64,000 nucleotides of DNA from Escherichia coli (GTDB taxonomy: Bacteria; Pseudomonadota; Gammaproteobacteria; Enterobacterales; Enterobacteriaceae), in the NCBI RefSeq assembly GCF_041248615.1, contig NZ_CP158426.1, one strand, 5' to 3'. The stretch's first letter is position 1. Every line of letters begins with the position of its first letter. Positions 37,107 to 52,108 of this stretch are shown here, one piece after another. Under the pieces are notes generated by a model. It made no database searches, was not told where the DNA came from, and saw only the letters and a program-made list of their open reading frames with translations. The position numbers were made by a program, and so were the translations under genes.

Positions 37107-37210
37107 GGTGCGGACACTGCCAGTCTGACCTGTTAAAGGCTGCAGGGCTGGCCAGAAGCACGCTGTACTACCAGCTGTCACTGCAGAAGGCTAAGGACAA
37201 GTATGCTGAT

Positions 37211-37965
<755 letters not shown>

Positions 37966-37990
37966 GTTCACGCCGCATCCGGCATCTTTC

Positions 37991-38413
37991 CTAACGCCGA
38001 TCGAGAGAAATTGCCCCCGGCCCGGTAATTGCCAACAGCAGGAATGCGCCAGCGATACTGACATTTTTCCAGAAATTAATCATATTTGGCCCAACCGCAT
38101 CGCCGGTCATATCCCAGTAATGGTGACCAATTACCGCTGTACCCAGCGTGTAGAAAATAAACAGCACCGCCAGCGGACGGGTGAAAAAGCCAAGCACGAT
38201 TAATATCGCGGCGGGCACTTCCATAACTACCGCAATAATCGCTGCCAGCATCGGCATTGGCGCGCCCAGCGAGGCCATATATTGGACCGTACCGTCAAAA
38301 CCCATCATTTTGGGAAAACCAAAAATAATGAAAATTAAGACCACGGCGATACGGGCAATTAATAACAAAACGGGGCGTGCAGCTCCAAAATCAAAATAAC
38401 GTAGTGTGTTCAT
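37991..38413 (-). CDS. yphA: DoxX-family inner membrane protein
   Basis: [39 protein letters not shown]..., 140 aa, 4 TM segments; track ORF is extended by 24 codons. Confidence 0.85.
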
Positions 38414-38509
38414 AACCAATCCCTTTGCAAGATAATGTGATTTAAACGTAATACACACTCTTGCACCTCGCCACGCCCCAGGCATTGAGATATTCGCTAA
38501 TTATCCTGG

Positions 38510-39721
<1,212 letters not shown>

Positions 39722-40534
39722 TTAAAGATCCAGCCCAGCCGCTACGTGGCGAATGCCGCGAATCGCTAAACCCGCATCAGCGTTGATCATCACACCGCTT
39801 AATGCGCGATTATTGCGCCGCGATGCCAACATCACATACGGACCCGTAAAATCCGCCGGTTGCGGGAAAAATTGCAGCGGTAAAATGGCGGCAATTTTCT
39901 CCGGCGTCAGAGACTGCATTATCGAGGTTTCACTTTGCCCGAGCGCCTGTGGGCCGCGCAGGTCGCTGGCCATACCACACGGGCCGACGCCATTCACCCG
40001 CACTTTCGGTGCCAGTTCATAAGCCAGTTGGCGAATAAGTCCGGTTGCGGCATGTTTACTGGCGGTGTACAGCGGGCCTCCGCCGCCGGGATACCAGGCG
40101 GCATTTGACAGTGTGAAAATCATGCTGCCTTCACTGGCGATTAACGCCGGAGCGCAGGCTTTTGCGCCCAGCAGGTAACCGAGTACGTTGACGTTAAACA
40201 GCTCGTGGAAGCCAGTTTCGAGCGTCTCTGCGGGAGTATTAACCAGTGAGGCATTGTGATCCCAGATGCCCGCATTGCCGATAAAACAATCCAGCTTGCC
40301 AGAACGAGTCAGGATCTGATTAACCGCGCGTTGATAATCGGCATAACAGGTCACGTTACCTTCCACCGCCAGAATATGTTCGCCAAATCGCTGACGCAGA
40401 CTGGCGACTTTAGCCGCCGACAGTTCCAGCGTGGCAACCTGCGCGCCTTCTTCGATAAATCGCTCGACCAGCGCCAGCCCTAATCCCGATCCGCCGCCGG
40501 TAATAAAGATGGACTCGTTATGCAGATCGCTCAT
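39722..40534 (-). CDS. hcaB: 2,3-dihydroxy-2,3-dihydrophenylpropionate dehydrogenase (SDR)
   Basis: 270 aa; TGGGSGLG Rossmann motif; overlaps hcaC. Confidence 0.92.
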   Translation of the reverse strand: MSDLHNESIFITGGGSGLGLALVERFIEEGAQVATLELSAAKVASLRQRFGEHILAVEGNVTCYADYQRAVNQILTRSGKLDCFIGNAGIWDHNASLVNTPAETLETGFHELFNVNVLGYLLGAKACAPALIASEGSMIFTLSNAAWYPGGGGPLYTASKHAATGLIRQLAYELAPKVRVNGVGPCGMASDLRGPQALGQSETSIMQSLTPEKIAAILPLQFFPQPADFTGPYVMLASRRNNRALSGVMINADAGLAIRGIRHVAAGLDL

Positions 40535-40850
40535 GGCTGCGCCTCCGGTAAGTCGATGAAGATGTCACCACCATCAACGTGTACTGGATAAGTGGTGAGC
40601 GGATCGGTGGCGGGCAGGCATAACGCTTTCCCCGTTTTCAGGCAAAAACTGGCGGCGTGCAGCGGGCACTCCACCGTGGCGTCATCTTCCAGATACCCTT
40701 CTGACATCGACGCATTACCATGGCTGCAACGATCGTTAATGGCATAAAACTCGCCGCCTACGTTGAACAGGGCGATGACGGGCGAGGTATCGATCCGGAG
40801 AGCCTCACCCTCCGGCACATCCGCAACGGGACACGCATAAATTCGATTCA

Positions 40851-40851
<1 letters not shown>
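40531..40851 (-). CDS. hcaC: Rieske ferredoxin of the 3-phenylpropionate dioxygenase
   Basis: 106 aa; Rieske CSHG ... CPLH motifs. Confidence 0.92.
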
Positions 40852-42763
<1,912 letters not shown>

Positions 42764-42862
42764 CTATTTTTGTGCCATAAGGATGTTGCTGGTTGGTTGC
42801 TAATATGTGAAATAGTTAATTTCTACCAGCTGAGACGTTTTTTCGATAACAAGGGGAAGGTG

Positions 42863-43753
42863 ATGGAACTACGACATTTACGCTATTTCGTCGCAGTGGC
42901 GCAGGCACTGAACTTTACCCGTGCGGCGGAAAAACTGCATACCTCACAGCCTTCGTTAAGCAGCCAGATCCGCGATCTTGAAAACTGTATCGGTGTTCCG
43001 TTGCTGGTGAGGGATAAGCGCAAAGTCGCGTTGACGGCGGCGGGAGAATGTTTTCTCCAGGACGCGCTGGCAATCCTCGAACAAGCGGAAAATGCCAAAT
43101 TACGGGCGCGGAAAATTGTTCAGGAAGACAGACAATTAACCATTGGCTTTGTGCCATCGGCGGAAGTGAATTTACTGCCAAAAGTATTACCGATGTTTCG
43201 TCTCAGACAGCCAGACACCTTGATTGAGCTGGTGAGTTTAATCACCACGGAACAGGAAGAAAAAATTCGCCGTGGTGAACTCGACGTCGGCTTAATGCGC
43301 CATCCTGTTTATAGCCCGGAGATTGATTATCTGGAGCTTTTTGACGAACCATTAGTGGTGGTGTTACCGGTTGATCACCCTTTAGCACATGAAAAAGAGA
43401 TCACTGCCGCGCAACTGGATGGCGTGAATTTCGTCAGTACTGATCCAGCGTATTCCGGTTCGCTTGCGCCGATCGTTAAAGCGTGGTTTGCGCAAGAAAA
43501 CAGCCAGCCAAATATCGTCCAGGTGGCAACGAATATTCTGGTGACCATGAATCTGGTGGGGATGGGGCTGGGCGTCACTTTGATACCCGGTTATATGAAT
43601 AATTTTAATACCGGCCAGGTGGTATTTCGACCCATTGCCGGAAATGTGCCTTCCATTGCTTTACTGATGGCGTGGAAGAAAGGGGAGATGAAGCCGGCAT
43701 TACGCGATTTCATCGCCATTGTGCAGGAACGTTTGGCAAGCGTAACGGCATAA
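42863..43753 (+). CDS. hcaR: LysR-type transcriptional activator of the hca operon
   Basis: MELRHLRYFVAVAQALNFTRAAEKL..., 296 aa; divergent from hcaE; track ORF is extended by 31 codons. Confidence 0.93.
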   Translation: MELRHLRYFVAVAQALNFTRAAEKLHTSQPSLSSQIRDLENCIGVPLLVRDKRKVALTAAGECFLQDALAILEQAENAKLRARKIVQEDRQLTIGFVPSAEVNLLPKVLPMFRLRQPDTLIELVSLITTEQEEKIRRGELDVGLMRHPVYSPEIDYLELFDEPLVVVLPVDHPLAHEKEITAAQLDGVNFVSTDPAYSGSLAPIVKAWFAQENSQPNIVQVATNILVTMNLVGMGLGVTLIPGYMNNFNTGQVVFRPIAGNVPSIALLMAWKKGEMKPALRDFIAIVQERLASVTA

Positions 43754-43912
43754 TTACGCATTATTTTTGCAACATGCGTCGCGGCTCGCAGTTTTTTAGT
43801 GCTTGTGAACTGGCGTTACAGACATCGGGAAGCAGGCTCGAATATTCTTATCTTTCAACTTGCACCAACATTCGATTAACCCCAGACTAACGCCTCCTGA
43901 CGGGAGGGACTC

Positions 43913-45052
43913 ATGGTTTTGCAATCCACGCGCTGGTTGGCGCTCGGCTATTTCACATACTTTTTTAGTTACGGCATTTTTCTACCTTTCTGGAGCGTTT
44001 GGCTTAAGGGGATTGGCTTAACGCCAGAAACCATCGGCCTGTTATTGGGGGCAGGTCTGGTTGCCCGTTTTCTCGGGAGTTTGCTCATCGCGCCCCGCGT
44101 CAGCGATCCTTCTCGCCTGATTTCCGCCTTGCGCGTGCTGGCACTGCTGACACTTCTCTTTGCAGTCGCCTTCTGGGCGGGGGCGCACGTAGCGTGGCTG
44201 ATGCTGGTGATGATTGGCTTTAACCTCTTTTTCTCACCGCTGGTACCGTTGACCGATGCACTGGCGAATACGTGGCAAAAGCAGTTCCCGCTTGATTACG
44301 GCAAAGTGCGATTGTGGGGCTCGGTGGCGTTTGTCATTGGCTCGGCGCTGACGGGTAAACTGGTCACTATGTTTGATTATCGGGTGATCCTCGCGCTGTT
44401 GACGTTGGGCGTGGCATCCATGCTGCTCGGCTTTCTCATCCGTCCGACGATTCAGCCACAAGGGGCAAGCCGCCAGCAGGAGAGCACCGGTTGGTCTGCG
44501 TGGTTGGCGCTGGTTCGCCAGAACTGGCGCTTTCTGGCCTGCGTTTGTTTATTGCAGGGGGCGCATGCGGCCTATTACGGTTTTAGCGCCATTTACTGGC
44601 AGGCTGCTGGCTACTCGGCCTCGGCGGTGGGCTATTTGTGGTCGCTGGGCGTGGTGGCGGAAGTCATTATCTTTGCGCTGAGTAATAAACTTTTCCGCCG
44701 TTGTAGTGCACGCGATATGCTGTTGATCTCGGCGATTTGCGGCGTAGTGCGCTGGGGCATTATGGGAGCAACTACGGCGTTGCCGTGGTTGATAGTGGTG
44801 CAAATTCTGCATTGTGGCACCTTCACGGTCTGCCACCTGGCCGCCATGCGCTATATTGCCGCTCGCCAGGGTAGCGAAGTCATCCGTTTACAGGCGGTTT
44901 ACTCTGCCGTCGCGATGGGCGGCAGTATCGCGATCATGACCGTTTTCGCCGGTTTCCTGTATCAATATCTGGGGCACGGCGTGTTCTGGGTGATGGCGCT
45001 GGTGGCGCTTCCGGCAATGTTTTTGCGCCCGAAAGTTGTTCCCTCATGCTGA
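43913..45052 (+). CDS. hcaT: MFS transporter (putative 3-phenylpropionate transporter)
   Basis: 379 aa, 12 predicted TM segments. Confidence 0.9.
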   Translation: MVLQSTRWLALGYFTYFFSYGIFLPFWSVWLKGIGLTPETIGLLLGAGLVARFLGSLLIAPRVSDPSRLISALRVLALLTLLFAVAFWAGAHVAWLMLVMIGFNLFFSPLVPLTDALANTWQKQFPLDYGKVRLWGSVAFVIGSALTGKLVTMFDYRVILALLTLGVASMLLGFLIRPTIQPQGASRQQESTGWSAWLALVRQNWRFLACVCLLQGAHAAYYGFSAIYWQAAGYSASAVGYLWSLGVVAEVIIFALSNKLFRRCSARDMLLISAICGVVRWGIMGATTALPWLIVVQILHCGTFTVCHLAAMRYIAARQGSEVIRLQAVYSAVAMGGSIAIMTVFAGFLYQYLGHGVFWVMALVALPAMFLRPKVVPSC

Positions 45053-46324
45053 TTCGAGCATTTTGCGGATTTGCTCCTGTTGATGTGTTGTCAGCGTCAG
45101 GTCCGTATAGATCAGCGGTGGTGAAAAGAGCGGTAACGGCATGGTATAAGGAGCAATAATCAGTGCCGCGCCGCGCGGAGCGCCTGTCTGCAAAAATACC
45201 TTTACCGACATATGTTTAATGTTGAGCGGCAGTAACGTTAGTTCGCGTAGCTGCTGCTCAATCTGCGCTTCTCGCTCGCTATCATTCCCGGTCAGTAGAA
45301 TAATCTGTTTCTCATGCAGGTCGTTTTCCTGCATTAGCCAGGCACCGAAAATCACCGCGACCAGACCGCTTTCCTCATCAGAAAGATGGACGCCGTATTC
45401 ACTTTCAAATCCGGCCAGCGCCGCGCGGGTGGTGCGCACCAGGCGTGGATACAGGCGGGCGAACTCTTCCGGCAGGGTGTTATCAATACCGATGGCAAAC
45501 AAGCTGCGATTTAACGCCTGGGCGAGGTGGGTATAAAGCTGATCGCACAACCCCTGTTCATCATAAAAACGAACATTTCCCAGCTCACGAAAATGGTTTA
45601 CCAGACGTTTGATAGACTGACGCAGTTGTCTGTCCCGCTGATGCGCATCCCGCAGTGGATCGGGAACCCGCAACATGGAAAAAAGTAATGCCATGAACAG
45701 TGGCTCATCAGGCGGTACAGGCTGGAGTGCCCGACGCTGCCAGTGGCGTCCAATTTCCTGCGCTACCTGAAATTCAAGGCAGGATTCCGCCCAGCGACGT
45801 TGGAGCGGATTAAACTGAGGCGTAATTCCAGCGTGGTGTTGCAGCAAACAATATTGCAGATACAGACACAGGAAATGAATATCGCGCGTTTCAAAGCGTT
45901 TTTGCAGCCGTCGGGAGCAGAGATTCACTAACGCTTGTAGATTGGTATCGTCGTAAAAGTTACGCGCAATTCCGCGCCGCTTCAGTTCACTCTTCAGGGC
46001 GGGGGTGAAATGGCTGGTAATAAATGACGGACAGAGACGGAAACCACGTCGTAGCCAGTGAAATAAACACAAACGTTGGTTAAGCACTGTACCTTCAACC
46101 CGGTAGCTACCGTCATAACCAGTAGTCAGTGTGAGTTGATGATAGCGCAGGATCTCCCGTCCTGTTTCGCTGATATCAAGACTGGCAATATCATCATCCA
46201 CACCATTAAGCTCGCTGAAAGTTGCCGTGGTGGCGGTCAACCCCGGCTGAAAGAGTGTCAGCAAGATCTGGCAGCGGCGCTGGGGAGCCGAAAGGACAGA
46301 TGGTGGAGCAAGCGTAGGCATCAT
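45044..46324 (-). CDS. csiE: stationary-phase-inducible protein CsiE (PRD-domain protein)
   Basis: 426 aa from MMPTLAPPSVLSAPQRR...; 3' end overlaps the 3' end of hcaT by 9 bp (convergent). Confidence 0.88.
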   Translation of the reverse strand: MMPTLAPPSVLSAPQRRCQILLTLFQPGLTATTATFSELNGVDDDIASLDISETGREILRYHQLTLTTGYDGSYRVEGTVLNQRLCLFHWLRRGFRLCPSFITSHFTPALKSELKRRGIARNFYDDTNLQALVNLCSRRLQKRFETRDIHFLCLYLQYCLLQHHAGITPQFNPLQRRWAESCLEFQVAQEIGRHWQRRALQPVPPDEPLFMALLFSMLRVPDPLRDAHQRDRQLRQSIKRLVNHFRELGNVRFYDEQGLCDQLYTHLAQALNRSLFAIGIDNTLPEEFARLYPRLVRTTRAALAGFESEYGVHLSDEESGLVAVIFGAWLMQENDLHEKQIILLTGNDSEREAQIEQQLRELTLLPLNIKHMSVKVFLQTGAPRGAALIIAPYTMPLPLFSPPLIYTDLTLTTHQQEQIRKMLESA

Positions 46325-46514
46325 CTGTAGATCTCCCATAAGCATAATTGATAAGAATAGCTAAAGTTTGCTCAGGGAAATGGCGAAGGGAATGCTAATG
46401 ATCAGAAATGTTGGCAAGCGTCACAGAATTTTTCTCATCTTAAACTGTTCTGACCAGTGGATTAGCATGTCTTAAGGTGGTTTTGTGAATGATTATCGTG
46501 CTAGCGATCATGGG

Positions 46515-47368
46515 TTAGTTCTGCGGATTCAACGCGCTAAGGATAAAATCCACCATCTGTTCGCGATAAACATCGCCGTGACGATCGGAAAAAGCATCAA
46601 TGTGTTCGCCATCCGGGATTAGGATCAACCGTTTTGGCTCTTTTGCCAGGCTATACAACTTTTCGCTGTGCTGCCATGGGATAACGTGATCAGCTTTACC
46701 GTGAATGAGTAAAAGCGGGATCGGGCTGACGCTGGCGATGTAATTTTCGCCGCTGTAACTCTCATCAAGTAAGTAGCCACTGCCGGGGATCATCTGGTTG
46801 GCGATGGTCGCATAAGAGGCAAATGTGGAGTCGAGGATCACCGCACGTATGCCTTCACGATCACCCTGACCAATAACATCCAGAATATTCGCCCCGCCAA
46901 TACTCTGCCCGAACAGCACCAGCCGTTGTGGGTTTACATCACTGCGATGGCGCACCACATTGATGGCACTTTGCGTATCGTCCAGCAATCCGGCCTGGGA
47001 CGGCGTGCCTTTTGATTTACCAAACCCGCGATAATCAAACATAAAAACGTTGAAATTACGCTCGGGTAACCAACTGACCAGCGGCCAGTGGGCGGACATA
47101 TTTCCGGCATTGCCGTGAGCATGAATAATGGTGGCAATGGCATTTTCAGCGGGGCCAGTTGCAGAAGGGATAAACCAACCATGTAGGCGAGTGCCATCTT
47201 TAGCGGTGAATTCTACTGATTCGGCTGACCAGGGATCGGGGCCGTAGATTTTGTCGTCAGGGTAATAGAAAAATTGATGGCGATGCGCGGTATTAAATAA
47301 ATGCAGAAGGCAACAACAAAGAGAATAAACAGAATTTTGAGAACGCGTTTGTTCACTGGCAGCGCCAT
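46515..47368 (-). pseudogene. yfhR: alpha/beta-hydrolase (S9-peptidase-like) gene with a -1 frameshift in a homopolymer
   Basis: N-terminal signal-anchor ORF (MALPVNKRVLKILFILFVVAFCIYLIP..., part of track ORF 47213..47395) and the hydrolase body (...FYYPDDKIYGPDPW..., GQSIGG) are in different frames. Adding one A to the A5 run at 47269-47273 joins them into a single 284-aa ORF. Confidence 0.6.
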
Positions 47369-47512
47369 AACCTTTCCTTGCGACTTCTTTATCATCCATT
47401 AATCGGGGAAAGATGGTGGGAGAGTGGCGAAAGAAAGTAAAGCGGTGAGGAAGTATTTCGGAATAGCGCCTGAAAGGCGAGGGCGGGTGAGTGACATCAC
47501 CCGCCAGAGTCA

Positions 47513-48316
47513 TTAACGCTTCAGGGCGTCGCTTAACTCGTCACGCATGTTCGCCAGCATGGCTTTAACAACGCGCGGGTTACCAGCAACGATGTTACCG
47601 GTCAGCATGTAGTTATGACCACCGGTGAAGTCGCTGACGATGCCGCCCGCTTCACGAACCAGCAGCTCGCCTGCCGCGAAATCCCACGGACGCAGACCGA
47701 TTTCAAAGAAACCGTCAACGCGACCCGCAGCAACGTAAGCCAGATCCAGCGCCGCAGAACCGGTACGACGGAAGTCTGCACATTCGTTGAACAGTTTGCC
47801 GACGATGTTGATGTAGGTGGTGGCGTACTGTTTTGCTTTGAACGGGAAGCCGGTCGCCAGAATAGTACCGTCGAGATCGCGAGCGGTGCTGCCGCGCAGA
47901 CGGTAGCCGTTCAGCTGTGCGCCCTGACCGCGAGTGGCGGTGAACAGTTCGTTACGCATAGGATCGTAAACCACAGCAACTTCAGTGCGGCCTTTGATAC
48001 GAACGGCGATAGATACCGCGAAGTGCGGCAGACGTTTGATAAAGTTGGTAGTGCCATCCAGTGGATCGATAACCCATTGAACATCCTGATCAGTACCTTC
48101 AAGTTCACCGCTTTCTTCGGTGATGATGGTGTGCTGTGGGTAAGATTTACGAATCGTGTCGATAATCACCGCTTCGGCAGCTTTATCTACGTTGGTCACG
48201 AAGTCGTTACTGCCTTTCTGGCTCGCTTCTACAGCGTCCGGGGTTTCATAGTTTTTGGCAATTAAATTACCCGCCTTGCGCGCTGCGCGCACGGCGATGT
48301 TCAGCATCGGATGCAT
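47513..48316 (-). CDS. suhB: inositol monophosphatase
   Basis: 267 aa, MHPMLNIAVRAARKAGNLI...; IMPase motifs DPLDGT and WDFAAG. Confidence 0.96.
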   Translation of the reverse strand: MHPMLNIAVRAARKAGNLIAKNYETPDAVEASQKGSNDFVTNVDKAAEAVIIDTIRKSYPQHTIITEESGELEGTDQDVQWVIDPLDGTTNFIKRLPHFAVSIAVRIKGRTEVAVVYDPMRNELFTATRGQGAQLNGYRLRGSTARDLDGTILATGFPFKAKQYATTYINIVGKLFNECADFRRTGSAALDLAYVAAGRVDGFFEIGLRPWDFAAGELLVREAGGIVSDFTGGHNYMLTGNIVAGNPRVVKAMLANMRDELSDALKR

Positions 48317-48434
48317 CGGTCTCTCTCACTGGATGTTAAAGAACGGGAAAACGGCGCAGAGTATAGCAGCGAGATCGGCATCTGTCTTCGTTTTATGATA
48401 AGATGCGCGAATAATCTTTAGACGAAGAAAGACA

Positions 48435-49175
48435 ATGCTGCAAAATATTCGAATTGTGCTGGTGGAGACGTCACACACCGGCAATATGGGTTCTGTTGCC
48501 CGTGCCATGAAAACAATGGGATTAACCAATCTGTGGTTGGTTAATCCACTGGTGAAACCTGACTCCCAGGCGATTGCCCTGGCAGCAGGGGCCAGCGATG
48601 TGATTGGTAATGCTCATATCGTCGATACGCTCGACGAAGCGTTAGCCGGTTGTAGCCTGGTGGTGGGCACCAGCGCACGCTCCCGCACGCTGCCGTGGCC
48701 GATGCTCGACCCGCGCGAATGCGGTCTGAAAAGCGTCGCTGAAGCGGCAAATACCCCGGTGGCGCTGGTTTTTGGTCGCGAGCGCGTCGGCTTGACCAAT
48801 GAAGAGTTGCAGAAATGCCATTATCATGTCGCGATTGCCGCTAACCCGGAATACAGTTCGCTGAACCTGGCGATGGCGGTTCAGGTTATTGCCTATGAAG
48901 TGCGCATGGCCTGGCTTGCAACTCAGGAAAATGGTGAGCAGGTCGAGCATGAAGAGACGCCGTATCCGCTGGTCGATGATCTGGAGCGTTTTTATGGTCA
49001 TCTGGAACAAACGCTGCTGGCAACCGGTTTTATCCGTGAAAACCATCCGGGGCAGGTGATGAATAAATTGCGTCGTTTGTTTACCCGTGCGCGCCCGGAA
49101 AGCCAGGAATTGAATATCCTGCGCGGGATTCTGGCTTCTATAGAGCAGCAGAATAAAGGTAATAAGGCCGAATAA
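48435..49175 (+). CDS. trmJ: tRNA (cytidine/uridine-2'-O)-methyltransferase
   Basis: 246 aa, [29 protein letters not shown]...; SpoU/TrmH fold. Confidence 0.93.
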
Positions 49176-49183
49176 TAGTGGTT

Positions 49184-49270
49184 GCCTGATGCGACGCTTA
49201 ACGCGTCTTATCAGGCCTACAATGTACAGAACCGTAGGTCGGATAAGGTGTTCACACCGCATCCGACAAC
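49184..49270. repeat. BIME: two REP palindromic units in opposite orientation
   Basis: gcctgatgcgacgcttaacgcgtcttatcaggcctac and gtaggtcggataaggtgttcacaccgcatccgacaa. Confidence 0.65.
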
Positions 49271-49311
49271 AGGTACAAACGCCACGATAAAAAAATGGCA
49301 CTGAAGGTTAA

Positions 49312-49362
49312 ATACCCGACTAAATCAGTCAAGTAAATAGTTGACCAATTTACTCGGGAATG
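49312..49362 (+). promoter_or_regulatory. putative IscR type-1 binding sites in the iscR promoter
   Basis: atacccgactaaatcagtcaagtaaat and the adjacent atagttgaccaatttactcggg resemble the type-1 IscR motif; 80-130 bp upstream of iscR. Confidence 0.45.
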
Positions 49363-49444
49363 TCAGACTTGACCCTGCTATGCAATACCCCCACTTTTAC
49401 AATAAAAAACCCCGGGCAGGGGCGAGTTTGAGGTGAAGTAAGAC

Positions 49445-49933
49445 ATGAGACTGACATCTAAAGGGCGCTATGCCGTGACCGCAATGCTTGACGTTGCGCT
49501 CAACTCTGAAGCGGGCCCGGTACCGTTGGCTGATATTTCCGAACGTCAGGGAATTTCCCTTTCTTATCTGGAACAACTGTTTTCCCGTCTGCGTAAAAAT
49601 GGTCTGGTTTCCAGCGTACGTGGACCAGGCGGTGGTTATCTGTTAGGCAAAGATGCCAGCAGTATCGCCGTTGGCGAAGTGATTAGCGCCGTTGACGAAT
49701 CTGTAGATGCCACCCGTTGTCAGGGTAAAGGCGGCTGCCAGGGCGGCGATAAATGCCTGACCCACGCGCTGTGGCGTGATTTGAGCGACCGTCTCACCGG
49801 TTTTCTCAACAACATTACTTTAGGCGAACTGGTTAATAACCAGGAAGTGCTGGATGTGTCTGGTCGTCAGCATACTCACGACGCGCCACGCACCCGCACA
49901 CAAGACGCGATCGACGTTAAGTTACGCGCTTAA
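49445..49933 (+). CDS. iscR: Fe-S cluster regulator IscR (Rrf2 family)
   Basis: 162 aa, [20 protein letters not shown]...; three cluster-ligand Cys in [13 protein letters not shown]. Confidence 0.96.
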
Positions 49934-50044
49934 TAAAAAGTATTCAGAATCAGGCCGGAGTGTTTAACACTCCGTAAACACGGTCGTACATCCAGCCGGT
50001 AGCCTGGTTCCTTGCATTGAGTGATGTACGGAGTTTATAGAGCA

Positions 50045-51259
50045 ATGAAATTACCGATTTATCTCGACTACTCCGCAACCACGCCGGTGGACCCGCGTGT
50101 TGCCGAGAAAATGATGCAGTTTATGACGATGGACGGAACCTTTGGTAACCCGGCCTCCCGTTCTCACCGTTTCGGCTGGCAGGCTGAAGAAGCGGTAGAT
50201 ATCGCCCGTAATCAGATTGCCGATCTGGTCGGCGCTGACCCGCGTGAAATCGTCTTTACCTCTGGTGCAACCGAATCTGACAACCTGGCGATCAAAGGTG
50301 CAGCCAACTTTTATCAGAAAAAAGGCAAGCACATCATCACCAGCAAAACCGAACACAAAGCGGTACTGGATACCTGCCGTCAGCTGGAGCGCGAAGGTTT
50401 CGAAGTCACCTACCTGGCACCGCAGCGTAACGGCATTATCGACCTGAAAGAACTTGAAGCAGCGATGCGTGACGACACCATCCTCGTTTCTATCATGCAC
50501 GTGAATAACGAAATCGGCGTGGTGCAGGATATCGCGGCTATCGGCGAAATGTGCCGTGCTCGCGGCATTATCTATCACGTTGATGCAACCCAGAGCGTGG
50601 GCAAACTGCCTATCGACCTGAGCCAGTTGAAAGTTGACCTGATGTCATTCTCCGGTCACAAAATCTATGGCCCGAAAGGTATCGGTGCGCTGTATGTACG
50701 TCGTAAACCGCGCGTACGCATCGAAGCGCAAATGCACGGCGGCGGTCACGAGCGCGGTATGCGTTCCGGCACCCTGCCTGTCCACCAGATCGTCGGTATG
50801 GGCGAAGCCTATCGCATCGCAAAAGAAGAGATGGCGACCGAGATGGAACGTCTGCGCGGCCTGCGTAACCGTCTGTGGAACGGCATCAAAGATATCGAAG
50901 AAGTTTACCTGAACGGTGACCTGGAACACGGCGCGCCGAACATTCTCAACGTCAGCTTCAACTACGTTGAAGGTGAGTCGCTGATTATGGCGCTGAAAGA
51001 CCTCGCGGTTTCTTCAGGTTCCGCCTGTACGTCAGCAAGCCTCGAACCGTCCTACGTGCTGCGCGCGCTGGGGCTGAACGACGAGCTGGCACATAGCTCT
51101 ATCCGTTTCTCTTTAGGTCGTTTTACTACTGAAGAAGAGATCGACTACACCATCGAGTTAGTTCGTAAATCCATCGGTCGTCTGCGTGACCTTTCTCCGC
51201 TGTGGGAAATGTACAAGCAGGGCGTGGATCTGAACAGCATCGAATGGGCTCATCATTAA
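50045..51259 (+). CDS. iscS: cysteine desulfurase IscS
   Basis: [19 protein letters not shown]..., 404 aa; PLP lysine in [12 protein letters not shown]; active-site SSGSACTS. Confidence 0.97.
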
Positions 51260-51286
51260 TCGGTATCGGAATCAGGAGAATTTATA

Positions 51287-51673
51287 ATGGCTTACAGCGA
51301 AAAAGTTATCGACCATTACGAGAATCCGCGTAACGTGGGTTCCTTTGACAACAACGACGAGAACGTCGGCAGCGGCATGGTGGGTGCACCGGCATGTGGC
51401 GATGTGATGAAGTTGCAGATTAAAGTCAACGATGAAGGTATCATTGAAGACGCGCGTTTTAAAACTTACGGCTGCGGTTCTGCTATCGCTTCCAGCTCCC
51501 TGGTCACCGAATGGGTGAAAGGGAAGTCTCTCGACGAAGCGCAGGCGATCAAAAACACCGATATTGCTGAAGAACTTGAACTGCCGCCAGTGAAAATTCA
51601 CTGTTCTATTCTGGCAGAAGACGCGATCAAAGCCGCCATTGCGGACTATAAAAGCAAACGTGAAGCAAAATAA
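51287..51673 (+). CDS. iscU: Fe-S cluster scaffold IscU
   Basis: 128 aa; MAYSEKVIDHYENPRNVG...; conserved Cys and LPPVK. Confidence 0.97.
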   Translation: MAYSEKVIDHYENPRNVGSFDNNDENVGSGMVGAPACGDVMKLQIKVNDEGIIEDARFKTYGCGSAIASSSLVTEWVKGKSLDEAQAIKNTDIAEELELPPVKIHCSILAEDAIKAAIADYKSKREAK

Positions 51674-51689
51674 GAGTTGAGGTTTGGTT

Positions 51690-52013
51690 ATGTCGATTAC
51701 ACTGAGCGACAGTGCAGCAGCGCGAGTAAATACCTTTCTGGCTAACCGTGGCAAAGGGTTTGGCCTGCGTCTGGGCGTGAGAACCTCCGGATGTTCAGGT
51801 ATGGCTTATGTACTGGAATTTGTTGACGAACCGACGCCGGAAGACATCGTGTTTGAAGACAAAGGCGTGAAAGTCGTGGTCGATGGCAAAAGCCTGCAAT
51901 TTCTGGACGGTACGCAGCTGGACTTCGTAAAAGAAGGCCTGAACGAAGGGTTTAAATTCACCAACCCGAACGTTAAAGATGAGTGTGGTTGCGGCGAAAG
52001 CTTCCACGTTTGA
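51690..52013 (+). CDS. iscA: Fe-S cluster insertion protein IscA
   Basis: [13 protein letters not shown]..., 107 aa; C-terminal CGCGESF. Confidence 0.95.
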   Translation: MSITLSDSAAARVNTFLANRGKGFGLRLGVRTSGCSGMAYVLEFVDEPTPEDIVFEDKGVKVVVDGKSLQFLDGTQLDFVKEGLNEGFKFTNPNVKDECGCGESFHV

Positions 52014-52108
52014 TGCGCATACCGATAACCCCACCGTGGTCGCCTGCGCGTGGGGTTTGTTTTACCTGATTCGCCGTTATCGCGGCGGATCGCAGCCCTG
52101 AGAATGTT

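Noticed and set aside
47213-47395. 60-aa ORF as an independent small membrane-protein gene
   Set aside because: Its sequence is the signal-anchor N-terminus of YfhR, displaced into another frame by a homopolymer indel; treated as part of the yfhR pseudogene.
48642-49301. 219-aa minus-strand ORF overlapping trmJ and the REP region
   Set aside because: Antisense to trmJ and running into REP repeats; no start context; shadow ORF.
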